DNA from: an uncultured Ignavibacteriaceae bacterium | GTDB lineage: Bacteria; Bacteroidota; Ignavibacteria; UBA10030 | Reading direction: 5' to 3' | Length of the DNA stretch: 64,000 bases | Assembly: GCA_964480945.1 (NCBI GenBank) | Contig: CAYZRX010000004.1 | Coordinates: forward strand, 13,396-77,395 | Shown here: positions 45,423 through 55,959 of the stretch, piece by piece | Layout: each line of letters begins with the position of its first letter | How positions within the stretch are numbered: position 1 is the first letter of the stretch | The notes under the pieces: model-generated | The model's database searches: none | What the model saw: the letters and a program-made list of their open reading frames with translations, nothing else | What the model was told of the DNA's origin: nothing | Made by a program: the position numbers and the translations under genes

Positions 45423-46061
45423 TTGAAGCCTTCTAGATTTCACTACATCCTCTTCTACAAACCGCACGGAGTCCTCTCCCAGTTCACGAGTGCAGCCGGC
45501 CAGAAGACGCTCGGCGAATTCGGGCCATTCCCGCAAGACGTCTACCCGGTCGGAAGGCTCGATGCCGACAGCGAAGGCCTGCTGCTCCTGACGAACGACA
45601 ACGAGTTGAAACACCGCCTGCTGGACCCGCGGTTCGGACACGCACGTACGTACCTGGTTCAAGTCGAGAGGGAACCATCGTCCGAGTCGCTGGCGAAGCT
45701 TCGAAACGGGGTCATTATTAAGGGAAGGCGCACGCGGCCGGCCCAAGTGCAAATCTTGGGCAGCGAGCCCGGCCTCCCTCCGCGCTCCAAACCGATCCGT
45801 TTCAGAAAGACCGTCCCAACCAGTTGGCTCCGGATCACGCTCACGGAAGGCAGGAACCGGCAAGTTCGGAAAATGACAGCCTCCGTGGGACATCCGACGC
45901 TTCGGCTCATAAGGACAGCCATAGGACCCTTCTCGGTGCGAGGGCTACGAGTGGGAGAATTTCGCGAACTCACGCAGAGCGAGGGAGCTCGATTCGTTCA
46001 GCCTCTGCGAAGCTCCGGGCGCGGAAGCCGCGTCGGGGGACCTCGCCCAGCAATACCCTAG
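45423..46061 (+). CDS. rluE: 23S rRNA pseudouridine synthase RluE-like.
   Basis: ILFYKPHGVLSQFT...GRLDADSEGLLLLTND...SWLRITLTEGRNRQVRKMTASVGHPTLRLIR is collinear with E. coli RluE. Confidence 0.8.
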   Translation: MKPSRFHYILFYKPHGVLSQFTSAAGQKTLGEFGPFPQDVYPVGRLDADSEGLLLLTNDNELKHRLLDPRFGHARTYLVQVEREPSSESLAKLRNGVIIKGRRTRPAQVQILGSEPGLPPRSKPIRFRKTVPTSWLRITLTEGRNRQVRKMTASVGHPTLRLIRTAIGPFSVRGLRVGEFRELTQSEGARFVQPLRSSGRGSRVGGPRPAIP

Positions 46062-46318
46062 TCAACCGAATTCCCTTCGCCAGGTCGGCGGAATCCAATT
46101 CAGATAGCTCCCTCCGAGCATTCCTTGTTCATTGTTGTTCTGGAAAATCGGCAGGGCGAAATCCCTCCTGTGGGGCCGTCCGGCGGAACTCCACATCCTC
46201 CCTCCGCCATTGCAGTCCACCCCCTCTTCCGTGGCACCACGCAGAGGATCGTCTTTCGATCCCTCACCGGAGTCCACCGGGAGGATTCGCGGGATTATCG
46301 AGTTTGAGGGAAAGGCTC

Positions 46319-46355
46319 AAAATAAAAACCCCGACGCGCACCGTAAGCGTCGGGG
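46319..46355 (-). terminator. Terminator-like hairpin with a minus-strand U-tract, about 200 nt downstream of hemN.
   Basis: CCCCGACGC-N9-GCGTCGGGG stem. On the minus strand it is followed by TTTTTATTTT. Confidence 0.5.
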
Positions 46356-46559
46356 CCAGGGAGGTTGTTATGAAACCCGCCCAAGGTAGGACAACGAGCG
46401 GGTCTGCATCATTGAACAGATATCGATTCGAAAATGTTCCGGGACGAAAAGAAATTTCTCGAATGCTCGAACTGCTGTAATTTCAATAAGTTACGGACAC
46501 ACTTGCGAAGCGACACCGGTAGGACTTAGGAAATTCTCTGGAGGAAAACGGGAATTGAA

Positions 46560-47948
46560 CTAAACAGTCCGAGAGAAAAGAGGTTTCTCTCTCGGCGTTC
46601 GCTTGATATACGCATCGAAGCACATAGCGATGTTGCGGAGAAGGAGCCTGCCAGCCCCAACGATCGAGATCTTGTCCAGAGTGTTCTTGACAAGGTTGAG
46701 GCGGAGAAACTCGCTCAACTGTCCAAGCGACTCATCGAAGTACTCATCGAAAGTTATGTCGAACCACTCTTCAACGTCCGATTTCACGACCTCGAGATCG
46801 CACATCAGCCGCATGATGACATACTTCCGAATGACGTCGTCCCGGGTCATCTTGTACCCGACGCTCGTCGCGAACTGGCCGTTCTGGATCGCCTCGTAGT
46901 ATTGCGGCAGCGTCTTCGCATTCTGTGCATACACATCGCCAAAGTGAGAGATCGCCGACATTCCGAGGCCGAAAAGATCGGCGCCAGCCCTCGTCGAATA
47001 CCCCTGGAAATTCCTGTGAAGGGTCCTTTCCTTTTGAGCCATCGCCAGTTCATCATCCGGCTTTGCGAAATGGTCCATCCCGATGTATTCGTATCCGGCA
47101 GAGCAGAGCGTCTCTATCGTCGCCTTGAGGAGGCGCAGCTTCGTCTCAGGCGACGGGAGGTTTTCGGGATGTATCAGCTTCTGATGCGGTTTCATCCACG
47201 GCACGTACGCGAAATTGAAGACCGCAATGCGATTCGGAGAGAGCCGGACGACTCGGTTCAGGGTGTCTTGAAAAGTCTCGAGCGTTTGAAGCGGGAGTCC
47301 GTAGATCAGGTCAACGTTGATGCTGTCGATCCCGAGAGAGCCCGCCCACTGGATGGCATCCAACGATTCCTTCTCCGGCTGCACGCGATGAACAGCTTCT
47401 TGCACCCGCACGTCGAAATCCTGCACGCCGATGCTGATACGGTTGGCGCCGCCTTCCCGAAACGCCTTCATATGATCGAACGTGAGCCCGCGCGGGTCAA
47501 TTTCCACGCTGGTTTCAGCATCCGGCGCGAACCGGAATTTGCCTCGCAAGAAGCTGAACAGGTCCTCGATCTCGGTCGGGCTGAGGTAGGACGGCGTTCC
47601 GCCTCCCCAGTGCATTTGTGTCACCAGCCGCTTCTTTCCAATGTAACGAGCGAGACGGTCAATCTCCTTCCTGAGCGTGACGAGGTATTCCGAGATGTGC
47701 TCGCGGTTTCGGGTGATGACCGTCGTGCAGCCGCAGAAGTAGCAGAGGGTGTCGCAGAACGGGATGTGCAAGTAGAGGGAGATCGGGGTAGTGTTCTCAT
47801 CGTTGTTGCGGATGAGATCTACCTCAAATCGCTTCTTGTCGTACTCCGATGAGAACAGCGGCGCGGTCGGATAGCTCGTGTAGCGCGGTCCCGGTTTGTC
47901 GAATCTTTTTAGAAGGGCAATGTCAACGTTCGAGAAAGCGCTTGGCAT
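46560..47948 (-). CDS. hemN: Oxygen-independent coproporphyrinogen III oxidase (radical SAM, HemN family).
   Basis: YLHIPFCDTLCYFCGCT CxxxCxxC radical-SAM motif and the HemN C-terminal domain. Confidence 0.9.
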   Translation of the reverse strand: MPSAFSNVDIALLKRFDKPGPRYTSYPTAPLFSSEYDKKRFEVDLIRNNDENTTPISLYLHIPFCDTLCYFCGCTTVITRNREHISEYLVTLRKEIDRLARYIGKKRLVTQMHWGGGTPSYLSPTEIEDLFSFLRGKFRFAPDAETSVEIDPRGLTFDHMKAFREGGANRISIGVQDFDVRVQEAVHRVQPEKESLDAIQWAGSLGIDSINVDLIYGLPLQTLETFQDTLNRVVRLSPNRIAVFNFAYVPWMKPHQKLIHPENLPSPETKLRLLKATIETLCSAGYEYIGMDHFAKPDDELAMAQKERTLHRNFQGYSTRAGADLFGLGMSAISHFGDVYAQNAKTLPQYYEAIQNGQFATSVGYKMTRDDVIRKYVIMRLMCDLEVVKSDVEEWFDITFDEYFDESLGQLSEFLRLNLVKNTLDKISIVGAGRLLLRNIAMCFDAYIKRTPREKPLFSRTV

Positions 47949-48123
47949 ATCTTGGTTCTCCGATGGTCCAGGCTAGTGCAAACCCCATGCCATCTTGTTT
48001 TCCGGGATTTCTTCACAAAACGCTGGATTCATTGGACTCCTTCGCAGAAGATGGAACGATTTCCTCTGCCGTTCGCAGAGTTGAGAACAACTTTCGGTTG
48101 ACAGACACCATCATTCTACCTTG

Positions 48124-51100
48124 TCAGTCCAGGGCTTTCCGAACCGTCTGGAGGAGTTCTTCAGGTCTGTAAGGCTTCTGAAGGAAGCCTTTCACTCCCG
48201 ACTCCAGGATCTGCTGCTTGAGATCCCGGTCCACATAACCGCTCGCGAGGTACACGGCTGCATTCGGATTGATTTTCCTCACCTTTTTGAACACCTCCCA
48301 ACCATCCAGCTTAGGAAGCCCCAGGTCAGTAATGACCAAGGCAATCTCGCTCTTGTGGCGCTTATAGACTTCAACTGCCCTTTCGCCATCGGCGGCCCCC
48401 ATCACACGATACCCCTTTTGCTCGAGGAGCGTTGCGACCAACTCGAGGAGCATCTCTTCGTCTTCCACGACCAGAAGAGTTTCCGTCCCTCCTGGAATCT
48501 CCTCTTCCAACGGCACCTCTTCTCTGGGTTTTGCCACGATGCCCACCGGAACCGGCAGATAGATCCAAAACGTTGAGCCTTTTCCCGGCTCACTCTCAAC
48601 GTCGATGAATCCTTGATGGGCTTGGACGACACCGAATACGACCGCCAAACCCAGGCCCGTCCCTTTTCCCTTTTCCTTCGTCGTAAAGAACGGATCGAAT
48701 ATTCTGCTCTTCGTCGCCTCGTCCATCCCCACTCCAGTATCTGAAACGCCGATGACGACGTAATGGTTTCCGGCCGCCTCAGGAAACCTTGCAGCAAGAC
48801 CATTCCCGGAAATCGATCCCGATGTGATCGCGAGCGAGCCGTGATCTCTCATTGCATCCCGGGCATTGACACAGAGGTTCAGCAGCGCTTGGTGAAGCTG
48901 TGAATGATCCATCGAAATGACCGGCAGCGACTCCGCCAGTTGCAGCGAGAGGGAAATCGTTTTCGGAAACGTTTCACCGAGCATCTTGGACAACTCTTTG
49001 ATCACGACGTTGACATCGAGGGGTTCGAGGTTGAATTCCGTTTTCCGAGCGAACGTGAGTATCTGTCGAACGAGCCCGGCGCCGCGCTCAACGGCCATCG
49101 CAATTGCCTCAAGGCTCGTGGCAACCCGAGGGGAGTCACCCGCGGCCCGACGCATGAGCGAGGTGTAGCCGAGGATAATAGCGAGGATATTGTTAAAGTC
49201 GTGAGCGATCCCTGCGGCCAGCGTGCCGATGCTCTCCATCTTCTGGGCCTGCCAGAGCTGCTGTTCGAGCCTCTTGCGCTCTGTGATGTCTTCCTTCACT
49301 GCAAGAAAGTGAGTGATCGTGCCATTGGGGTCTCGCACAGGAGAAATGCTTGCGGATTCCCAGAACAGCTCCCCGTTCTTTTTCTTGTTCTGGAACTCAC
49401 CTCGCCACTCGTTCCCGGACGTGATCCTCTCCCAGAGCTGTTTGTACTCGGTGACAGGGGTATGGCCGGACTTCAGGATACGCGGGTTTTGCCCGAGCAC
49501 CTCGGCAGGGTGATAGCCGGTCACTTGCGTGAACTTCGGGTTGACGTACTCGATGTCCCCCGCCGTATCCGTGATGATAATGGATGCAGGGCTCTGTTCG
49601 ACAGCGCGAGAGAGTTTCCGCAGCTCTTCATCTGCACGCTTCTGCTCCGTAATGTCCGTCACCAATCCGAGGATCGACTGCTCCCCTTCATAATCGATCA
49701 GTGTTGTCGTGTGGATGCCTTCGAGTCTCTTCCCGTCCTTCGTGACGAGAGCGTACTCGTAGGGCGGAAGTTCACGACCCCCAAGGTGACTCTGGAAACT
49801 CTCCCTGACAAGCTCAACGTACTCCGGGACAATCAGTTTCATGAAATCGAACTGAGGAGAGTAGAACTCTTCCTTGCTATACCCCAATAACTCTACACAC
49901 TTGTTGTTCACGTAGACGATTCTTCCCCTCTTATTGATATAGATCATATTCGGGGATTGCTCGGAGAGCGTCCGGAACTTCTCCTCACTTTCTCGCAGTT
50001 TCTTCTCAGCCTCTCTGCGTTCAGTCGTATCCCGAAATATCGTCAACACCCGCGGCGGCTGACCGGGCACTTCAAGGACCGAATTCGAGAGATCAGCCAA
50101 GATCCGCTTCCCTGTCCTAAGCGAAAGTTCAGCTTCCATACGGGGTTTGATCGTCCGGGAGGCAAGTTGTTGACGATAGACCCTGATCTCTTCCTCGCCA
50201 CGGTGCCCAGATCCGGTCTGATAGGCGAAGTTGAAGGGTTTGCCCTGTAATTGCTCCCTGTCCAGTCCCATCAGGCGGCAGTATGCGTCATTGACCGTGA
50301 TGATCGTTCCATTCTCATCAACAAGCCTCATCCCATCGAGAGCGCTCTCCCACACTTGACGGAACTGGGCCTCGGACTTGCGGACCGCCTCCTCCGCCTG
50401 CTTGCGAGCGGTGATATCGCGCGCGACCACCTGCATGGCCCTCTTCCCCTGATACGTGATCGGAGTCGAGGCGACCTCCACATCCACCAGCGTTCCGTCC
50501 AACCGGACGAACTTCTCCTCCAACGGAGGAGCCCCTCGTTCATCGCCGGGGTTCTGAAACGCCCTCGCTCGAGCAAGCTCCTTGTAGTCGGGATGGACGA
50601 TATCAAGAATCGGTTTGCCGATAATTTCTTCCGGCTTTTCAGCGCCGATCAGCCGAAGACCGGTTTCGTTTACGAAGACGAACTTGCCTTCGCTGTGTAC
50701 GGCCACGGCGACAGGTGATGACTCCACGAGCCGTTTGTAACGCTGCTCACTCTCCGCCAATGCCGACTCCGCCTTCTTCCGTTCCGTGATATCCTCCACC
50801 AGCCCCATTGCTCCTCGGGTTCGACCTTCCCGGTCTCTCAGCGTCGCAGCAAAAAGTCGGATGTCAATCGGGCTGCCATCCCTCCTCTGCCGCTCCAGCT
50901 CAAGGCCCGTTATCGGTTCGCCCTGAAAAATGCGGTTTACGATCCCGAGGGACTCCTCTTGCCTATCGGGGGGCACGAACGGGATGGGGAGACCGCGTAC
51001 CTCCCGAGCGGACCAGCCGAACATCCGCTCCGCCGCGCGGTTCCACACCTTTCGGATCCTCCCGCGAGCATCGAGATCGTAGATGCCGAGCGGCGATGAC

Positions 51101-53013
51101 GCGATGATCGCATCGAGCGTTTCATTCGTCTCCCGCAGCGTCTCCGCTTCCTTCTGCCGGGCTTCTTCGACACCGATCGCAGAAGCGATGATGCTCATCA
51201 ATTTCTCGTCGTCCTTTGTCGGCACATAGTCTTTCCGGTATACGACGCAGAGGCAACCGATAACGCTGTCTGCAAATCTGACACCTCTGCCAATATAGGT
51301 TTGAAGCTTGAGCCGCCGGATTATGGGATCCGTCTCCGCGTAACTCGACTCAGGCAGACTGTGGACGGTCAGGGCCTCATCCTTCGCCTGCCGGATGACG
51401 TCGAAACAGAGATGGCCTTCCGGCTTGACATCAGCATCATAGTCGTCCGGCAAGTTCCACGCACCCGCCGTGGTGAGGATCCCGTCCTCAAGCCGATCGT
51501 AGAGCGCACCGGACCCCTCCATCAATTCCCCACACAAGGCCACGAGGCGCTTAATATTGAAGCCTGGATCCGGGCCGAACGAGAGGAAGCAGTCGTTCAA
51601 CTTAGCGAGCCGCTCCTCGTTCTTCTTCCGTTCCGAGATATCGCGAATGATGGCCTGAAAAAATTTCTTCCCTTCGATGTCGATGACGCGCGCGCTCGTC
51701 TCAACCGGAAACGTTCGGCCGTCTTTCCCCCGATGGAGTGTTTCAAAGATCAGACCTCCCTTTTCCTCGACTTCGCGCATTTGCTCCGGTAACAGGTCGA
51801 CCGTTTCTGGCGCCCGGATCTCCTCCATCGTCAGGGCCAGGAGCTCCTCCCGGGTGTAACCGTACGCCAGGATCGCCCGGTCGTTGGCGTCCAGGATGGT
51901 TCCATCACGGTCGACGAGCAGGATGATGTCGTTCGCGTGTCTTGTGAGGGTGTCATAGTGTTCGAGAATCGCCCGGCGCTCCAGCTCAAGCTGATACTGC
52001 CTCCGATAGAATCGAGAGCTTTGGTGTCGCCAAACAAGACCCAGTCCGGCCGCCGCGGTCATGATGATGCCCATCATCAGCAGCAGCGTCGTCCACTGCC
52101 GCTCTTTCAGGGGCGCGTAGATTTCCGACAAATCTACCTTCGCCACCATGAACCACGGCGAGTCCGGAATCTGACGGACCGATCCCAGGACTTCCACGCC
52201 ACGGTAATCGACCCCCTCCGAAATCCCTTCCCCACCACGGGCCGCGATCGCCGCGAGCAGCCGTTCGCTGGCAATCGGGTACCGCAGGGAAAGCGCGGTG
52301 TTCTTCTGATGACGTAACTCATTCAGAAACACAACCTCATTCCCTTGCCGTTCGATGAGAAGAGATTCGGAGGTCAAGCTCGGCGTCGGCCAAGCCCGGA
52401 CGAGCGGATAGAGTACTTTGTAGGGATCGATTCGAAACAACAGAGCTCCGAGAATCGGAGACTTGTCGGCATCCCCGTTCATGATCGGAACGACGACGTC
52501 GAGATGGATATCGCCGCGGTTTTCCCCCGTGTGAAGGGACGAGAATATGATCTGCCGTGTACGAAAAGCCGTATCAGCGAGGGGAACAATGCACGGCCCG
52601 ATATCTCCCTTCGCCCGACCGACGACGAATCTCGTTCTCAGCCGGCTGTCAAGGAGGGCAATCATGCTGTAGTCTTGGTTCTGCGCAAGCGGCGAAAGCA
52701 GCTGATCCAGTCCCTGCCGGGATTCCCCCGTCGTCCGCCCGGTCGTGAAGAACCGCTTCACGAACTCCGTGAAGGGTCGATTGGAGGAGAAAAACCGCGC
52801 GTCGGACATTCGCTCCTCCCGCCACCGGATGATCTGGTTGATCTTGAGGTCCGCGATCGCGGCAAGCTCGTTCCTCTTCTCACGCTCGATCTGCGCTCTC
52901 TGATCGTGATAGTACAGGTAACCCGTCGTGACAGTACCGATCGTCAAGAAGATCAGGATGAGGGCGAGGTTCCACGGAACCTTCGTGCCCGTTGCTCTCG
53001 CTTCCATGGACAT
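48124..53013 (-). CDS. Multi-sensor hybrid histidine kinase. Contains a periplasmic sensor between two TM helices, at least six PAS domains, a GAF-like domain, HisKA, HATPase and a C-terminal receiver.
   Basis: 1629 aa. TM helices near residues 15-35 and ~300. Repeated PAS cores. H-box IGTLAAGIAHDFNNIL. G-box GTGLGLAVV. Receiver LLVVEDEEMLL...VITDLGLPKLDG. Confidence 0.9.
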   Translation of the reverse strand: MSMEARATGTKVPWNLALILIFLTIGTVTTGYLYYHDQRAQIEREKRNELAAIADLKINQIIRWREERMSDARFFSSNRPFTEFVKRFFTTGRTTGESRQGLDQLLSPLAQNQDYSMIALLDSRLRTRFVVGRAKGDIGPCIVPLADTAFRTRQIIFSSLHTGENRGDIHLDVVVPIMNGDADKSPILGALLFRIDPYKVLYPLVRAWPTPSLTSESLLIERQGNEVVFLNELRHQKNTALSLRYPIASERLLAAIAARGGEGISEGVDYRGVEVLGSVRQIPDSPWFMVAKVDLSEIYAPLKERQWTTLLLMMGIIMTAAAGLGLVWRHQSSRFYRRQYQLELERRAILEHYDTLTRHANDIILLVDRDGTILDANDRAILAYGYTREELLALTMEEIRAPETVDLLPEQMREVEEKGGLIFETLHRGKDGRTFPVETSARVIDIEGKKFFQAIIRDISERKKNEERLAKLNDCFLSFGPDPGFNIKRLVALCGELMEGSGALYDRLEDGILTTAGAWNLPDDYDADVKPEGHLCFDVIRQAKDEALTVHSLPESSYAETDPIIRRLKLQTYIGRGVRFADSVIGCLCVVYRKDYVPTKDDEKLMSIIASAIGVEEARQKEAETLRETNETLDAIIASSPLGIYDLDARGRIRKVWNRAAERMFGWSAREVRGLPIPFVPPDRQEESLGIVNRIFQGEPITGLELERQRRDGSPIDIRLFAATLRDREGRTRGAMGLVEDITERKKAESALAESEQRYKRLVESSPVAVAVHSEGKFVFVNETGLRLIGAEKPEEIIGKPILDIVHPDYKELARARAFQNPGDERGAPPLEEKFVRLDGTLVDVEVASTPITYQGKRAMQVVARDITARKQAEEAVRKSEAQFRQVWESALDGMRLVDENGTIITVNDAYCRLMGLDREQLQGKPFNFAYQTGSGHRGEEEIRVYRQQLASRTIKPRMEAELSLRTGKRILADLSNSVLEVPGQPPRVLTIFRDTTERREAEKKLRESEEKFRTLSEQSPNMIYINKRGRIVYVNNKCVELLGYSKEEFYSPQFDFMKLIVPEYVELVRESFQSHLGGRELPPYEYALVTKDGKRLEGIHTTTLIDYEGEQSILGLVTDITEQKRADEELRKLSRAVEQSPASIIITDTAGDIEYVNPKFTQVTGYHPAEVLGQNPRILKSGHTPVTEYKQLWERITSGNEWRGEFQNKKKNGELFWESASISPVRDPNGTITHFLAVKEDITERKRLEQQLWQAQKMESIGTLAAGIAHDFNNILAIILGYTSLMRRAAGDSPRVATSLEAIAMAVERGAGLVRQILTFARKTEFNLEPLDVNVVIKELSKMLGETFPKTISLSLQLAESLPVISMDHSQLHQALLNLCVNARDAMRDHGSLAITSGSISGNGLAARFPEAAGNHYVVIGVSDTGVGMDEATKSRIFDPFFTTKEKGKGTGLGLAVVFGVVQAHQGFIDVESEPGKGSTFWIYLPVPVGIVAKPREEVPLEEEIPGGTETLLVVEDEEMLLELVATLLEQKGYRVMGAADGERAVEVYKRHKSEIALVITDLGLPKLDGWEVFKKVRKINPNAAVYLASGYVDRDLKQQILESGVKGFLQKPYRPEELLQTVRKALD

Positions 53014-53530
53014 GTATCTCCTTCTACCCCTTGGCCTTGGCTGGCAGTGCGCGAGGCATTGATTTCTCAGGCATCATTGAATCCCAATACAAAGACAAGA
53101 AGATTTTATGTGGAAGTCAATAATTTTTGCGAATTCCTGACGAGACCTTCCGTCTTACCTATACAAATGCTACGATTCCCATAACTGAGAAGAATACATC
53201 TTGGGGACATCTGCAAGGTCGGAATGCCGAGATGGCGCGCGCACCGACCTACTCTCCTGCTCTGGTTGCCACCTGTGGAACACCTAGAGCGAGTCATCGA
53301 CTTGTGGAGGAAGCGAAAGTGAGAAGACACGCTTGGGATCGATTAGGATAGCGGTGGGACTCGCGGAAGATGGACAGGACTGACCAATTCATCCCGGCGC
53401 GAATGGGGGAAAGTCCTCGGCCCGTCTGTGTCCAGCCGAAGATCTGGCATTCAGACGCATTGCCGCACAAGAAAAGGTGAGACATTGCTTCGGCAGGTAC
53501 CCTTACGGGATCAACCTCCGCCAGGTCGAT

Positions 53531-54388
53531 CTATTTGACCCTCCTGGCCGTCACGACCAGGTCCTTCGAAATGCCGGGGGCGAATCTCTCCATCGAAATG
53601 CCGCCGAAGGACTTCCATCCGGCAAATCCCGCCCCCTTCAACGCCGTCAGAATCTCGCTGCGCAACCACGGCCGGATACGAACCGAGGCGACCCTCTGCT
53701 TCGTCCCGCCTTGCGAGCGTTCCAGAGTGACAATGTTGAAGACAATCCCCCTCTTGTCATAATCATAGAGCCGAACATACGTCTTGCCGCCCGATTCTTT
53801 GACGCTTTGGATCCGATCACGCCTTGCGAGGATGCGCTCGAAGTTCAAGAGTTGGAGAACAACGATCCCACCGGGGCGAAGCACGCCTGCAAAGCTCCTG
53901 AACGTCGCACCAAGTCCATCGGTCCTCAGAATGTGGGCGAGCGAGTTACCCAGGCACAAAATGGCGTCCTGACGCTCAGGCACCGATTCTCTTATTTCTT
54001 GGATACGGCATTGAAGGGTCGTGATCTGGACGTCAAGTTCAAGGGCGTGCTTGCGAAGTCGATGCAGCATCTCCGCTGAGACATCGACCGCCGTTACCTT
54101 GACGCCGAGTTGTGCCAACAACAAGGAATGGAATCCCGACCCGCAGCCGGCGTCGAGCGCGGTGTTGACACTGAATTTTTCGACCAATGATCTGAAGAAG
54201 GGCTCCTCCCGCGCGAACCTCCCTTCGAAGCCGGTCATCGCGTCGTAGTCCGGCGCAAGGGTATCATAGAATTCCGCCACGCGACCAGCCGGGCCGGTCG
54301 TCGATTCAATTGCGCGCGCCGTGGGGCGCGATCCTTTCACCGAAGTGTTGATCGACCGGTGAATCCAATTGTTCGAATCTCTTTGCAT
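53531..54388 (-). CDS. Class I SAM-dependent methyltransferase.
   Basis: ORF trimmed to MQRDS. SAM motif I LDAGCGSGFHS plus post-I and motif II. Confidence 0.7.
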   Translation of the reverse strand: MQRDSNNWIHRSINTSVKGSRPTARAIESTTGPAGRVAEFYDTLAPDYDAMTGFEGRFAREEPFFRSLVEKFSVNTALDAGCGSGFHSLLLAQLGVKVTAVDVSAEMLHRLRKHALELDVQITTLQCRIQEIRESVPERQDAILCLGNSLAHILRTDGLGATFRSFAGVLRPGGIVVLQLLNFERILARRDRIQSVKESGGKTYVRLYDYDKRGIVFNIVTLERSQGGTKQRVASVRIRPWLRSEILTALKGAGFAGWKSFGGISMERFAPGISKDLVVTARRVK

Positions 54389-54692
54389 ACTCTTCCTTTG
54401 AGATGGCATTCTGCCAGTGTCCCGTGAGCATGGCAACGCGCCGTAATCACGTTCCAGAGGATCTATATTCGGACTCTTTTATCTTAAATTAGTAGTTTTG
54501 TTCCTTGCTGTCAAGACATAAGTCGTTCTCATTCGTGGAAATCCCATTCTTCATTAGAAGAAAGGCCGGTTTGATCCTGTGTCACTTTTGGGAACGCGCG
54601 GGACCAAGACGTTGTGCCCCACCAGAAGCGGTCATTTTCAGGCCCTCCCGTAGTGTCGGGTCCGCGGTCTTTACCAAGGATGGACGACCTGC

Positions 54693-54711
54693 TCTGGCAC
54701 GAGCGTTGCCT
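54693..54711 (+). promoter_or_regulatory. Sigma54 (RpoN) -24/-12 promoter upstream of the leuB-like operon.
   Basis: CTGGCACGAGCGTTGCC is TGGCAC-N5-TTGC with canonical GG-N10-GC spacing. It sits 80 nt upstream of the ATG at 54790. Confidence 0.6.
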
Positions 54712-54789
54712 TTTTGCCGAGGATGGCTTGACAGAGACTCGCCTTGGTGAACCGGACTCTGACACTAGACCCCAGGATCAGGAGCTTTC

Positions 54790-55908
54790 ATGCCGAAATA
54801 CAGAATCGCGTGGTTGCCCGGCGACGGAATCGGCGTAGATGTTCTGAACGCCGCGAAGACTGTCCTCGACAGAATCGGTCTCGATGCGGAATACCTCGAC
54901 GGTGAAATCGGATGGGATTACTGGTGCAGAGAAGGAGACGCATTCCCGCAGCGCACAATCGACCTCCTCAAGAATGTCGATGCCGCTCTCTTCGGGGCGA
55001 TCACCTCAAAGCCCGCGACTATGGCACAGAAGGAGTTGGCATCGTCGCTGCAGGACAAAGGTCTCTCCTACCGATCACCGATCGTCCGGATGCGCCAGCT
55101 TTTCGACCTCTACATCTGCCTGCGCCCGTGCAAAGCGTACCCCGGCAACCCGCTCAATTACAGGCAAGGCATTGACCTTGTGGTCTTCCGTGAGAACACC
55201 GAGGACCTCTACTCCGGTGTCGAGTTCTTTCCAGTACCTCAGGAACTGTCCGACCGGCTCTTCCAGCTGGCCAAGACGTTTGGGCCCTTCAGCAAGATTC
55301 CGGGTGATCAATACGCCGTATCCTGCAAGATCAACACCCGGGCCGGATCGGAGCGAATCGTCCGCGCGGCATTTGAGTTCGCCAGAAAGCATCGACGGAA
55401 GAAGGTCACGATCGTTCACAAGGCGAACGTCGTGCGGGCGACCGATGGGTTGTTTCTGGAGGTCGCAAAGGAAGTCTCGAAGCAGTACCCGGAGATTCCG
55501 ATGGACGACGCGAATATCGACGCCATGACAATGTGGCTTCTCAAGAACCCGTTCAACTATGATGTGCTTGTGGCGCCCAACCTCTACGGTGATATCATTT
55601 CGGATCTTTGCGCGCAAATGGTCGGCGGCCTTGGCTTCGGATGCTCGGGGAACATCGGAGAGAAGCTGGCCGTCTTCGAACCGACCCATGGCTCCGCGCC
55701 GAAATATGCGGGTCTGAATAAGGTGAACCCGATCGCGACGATTCTCGCCGTCAAGATGATGCTCGACTGGCTTGGAGAAACTCCGAAGGCAGAGGCGCTC
55801 GAGAAAGCCGTCGCCGAGGTGATCAGAGAAGGGAAAGTGCGAACGTACGACATGGGGGGCACGAGCACAACGAGTGAGATGGCTCAAGCGATAGCAGCCA
55901 GGCTGTGA
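54790..55908 (+). CDS. Isocitrate/isopropylmalate dehydrogenase family protein (LeuB-like beta-decarboxylating dehydrogenase).
   Basis: N-terminal WLPGDGIG and ...NLYGDIISDL...GSAPK... signatures of the IDH/IMDH/HICDH family. Confidence 0.8.
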   Translation: MPKYRIAWLPGDGIGVDVLNAAKTVLDRIGLDAEYLDGEIGWDYWCREGDAFPQRTIDLLKNVDAALFGAITSKPATMAQKELASSLQDKGLSYRSPIVRMRQLFDLYICLRPCKAYPGNPLNYRQGIDLVVFRENTEDLYSGVEFFPVPQELSDRLFQLAKTFGPFSKIPGDQYAVSCKINTRAGSERIVRAAFEFARKHRRKKVTIVHKANVVRATDGLFLEVAKEVSKQYPEIPMDDANIDAMTMWLLKNPFNYDVLVAPNLYGDIISDLCAQMVGGLGFGCSGNIGEKLAVFEPTHGSAPKYAGLNKVNPIATILAVKMMLDWLGETPKAEALEKAVAEVIREGKVRTYDMGGTSTTSEMAQAIAARL

Positions 55909-55959
55909 AGCCGCCGGGGAACCAATGAAAGCAGGAGCTTTAGAAGTGAATCAGGAGCC

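Noticed and set aside
46569-46595. 10-bp-stem hairpin CCGAGAGAAA...TTTCTCTCGG
   Set aside because: It lies inside the 3' coding end of hemN (encodes ...EKPLFSR), not an intergenic element.
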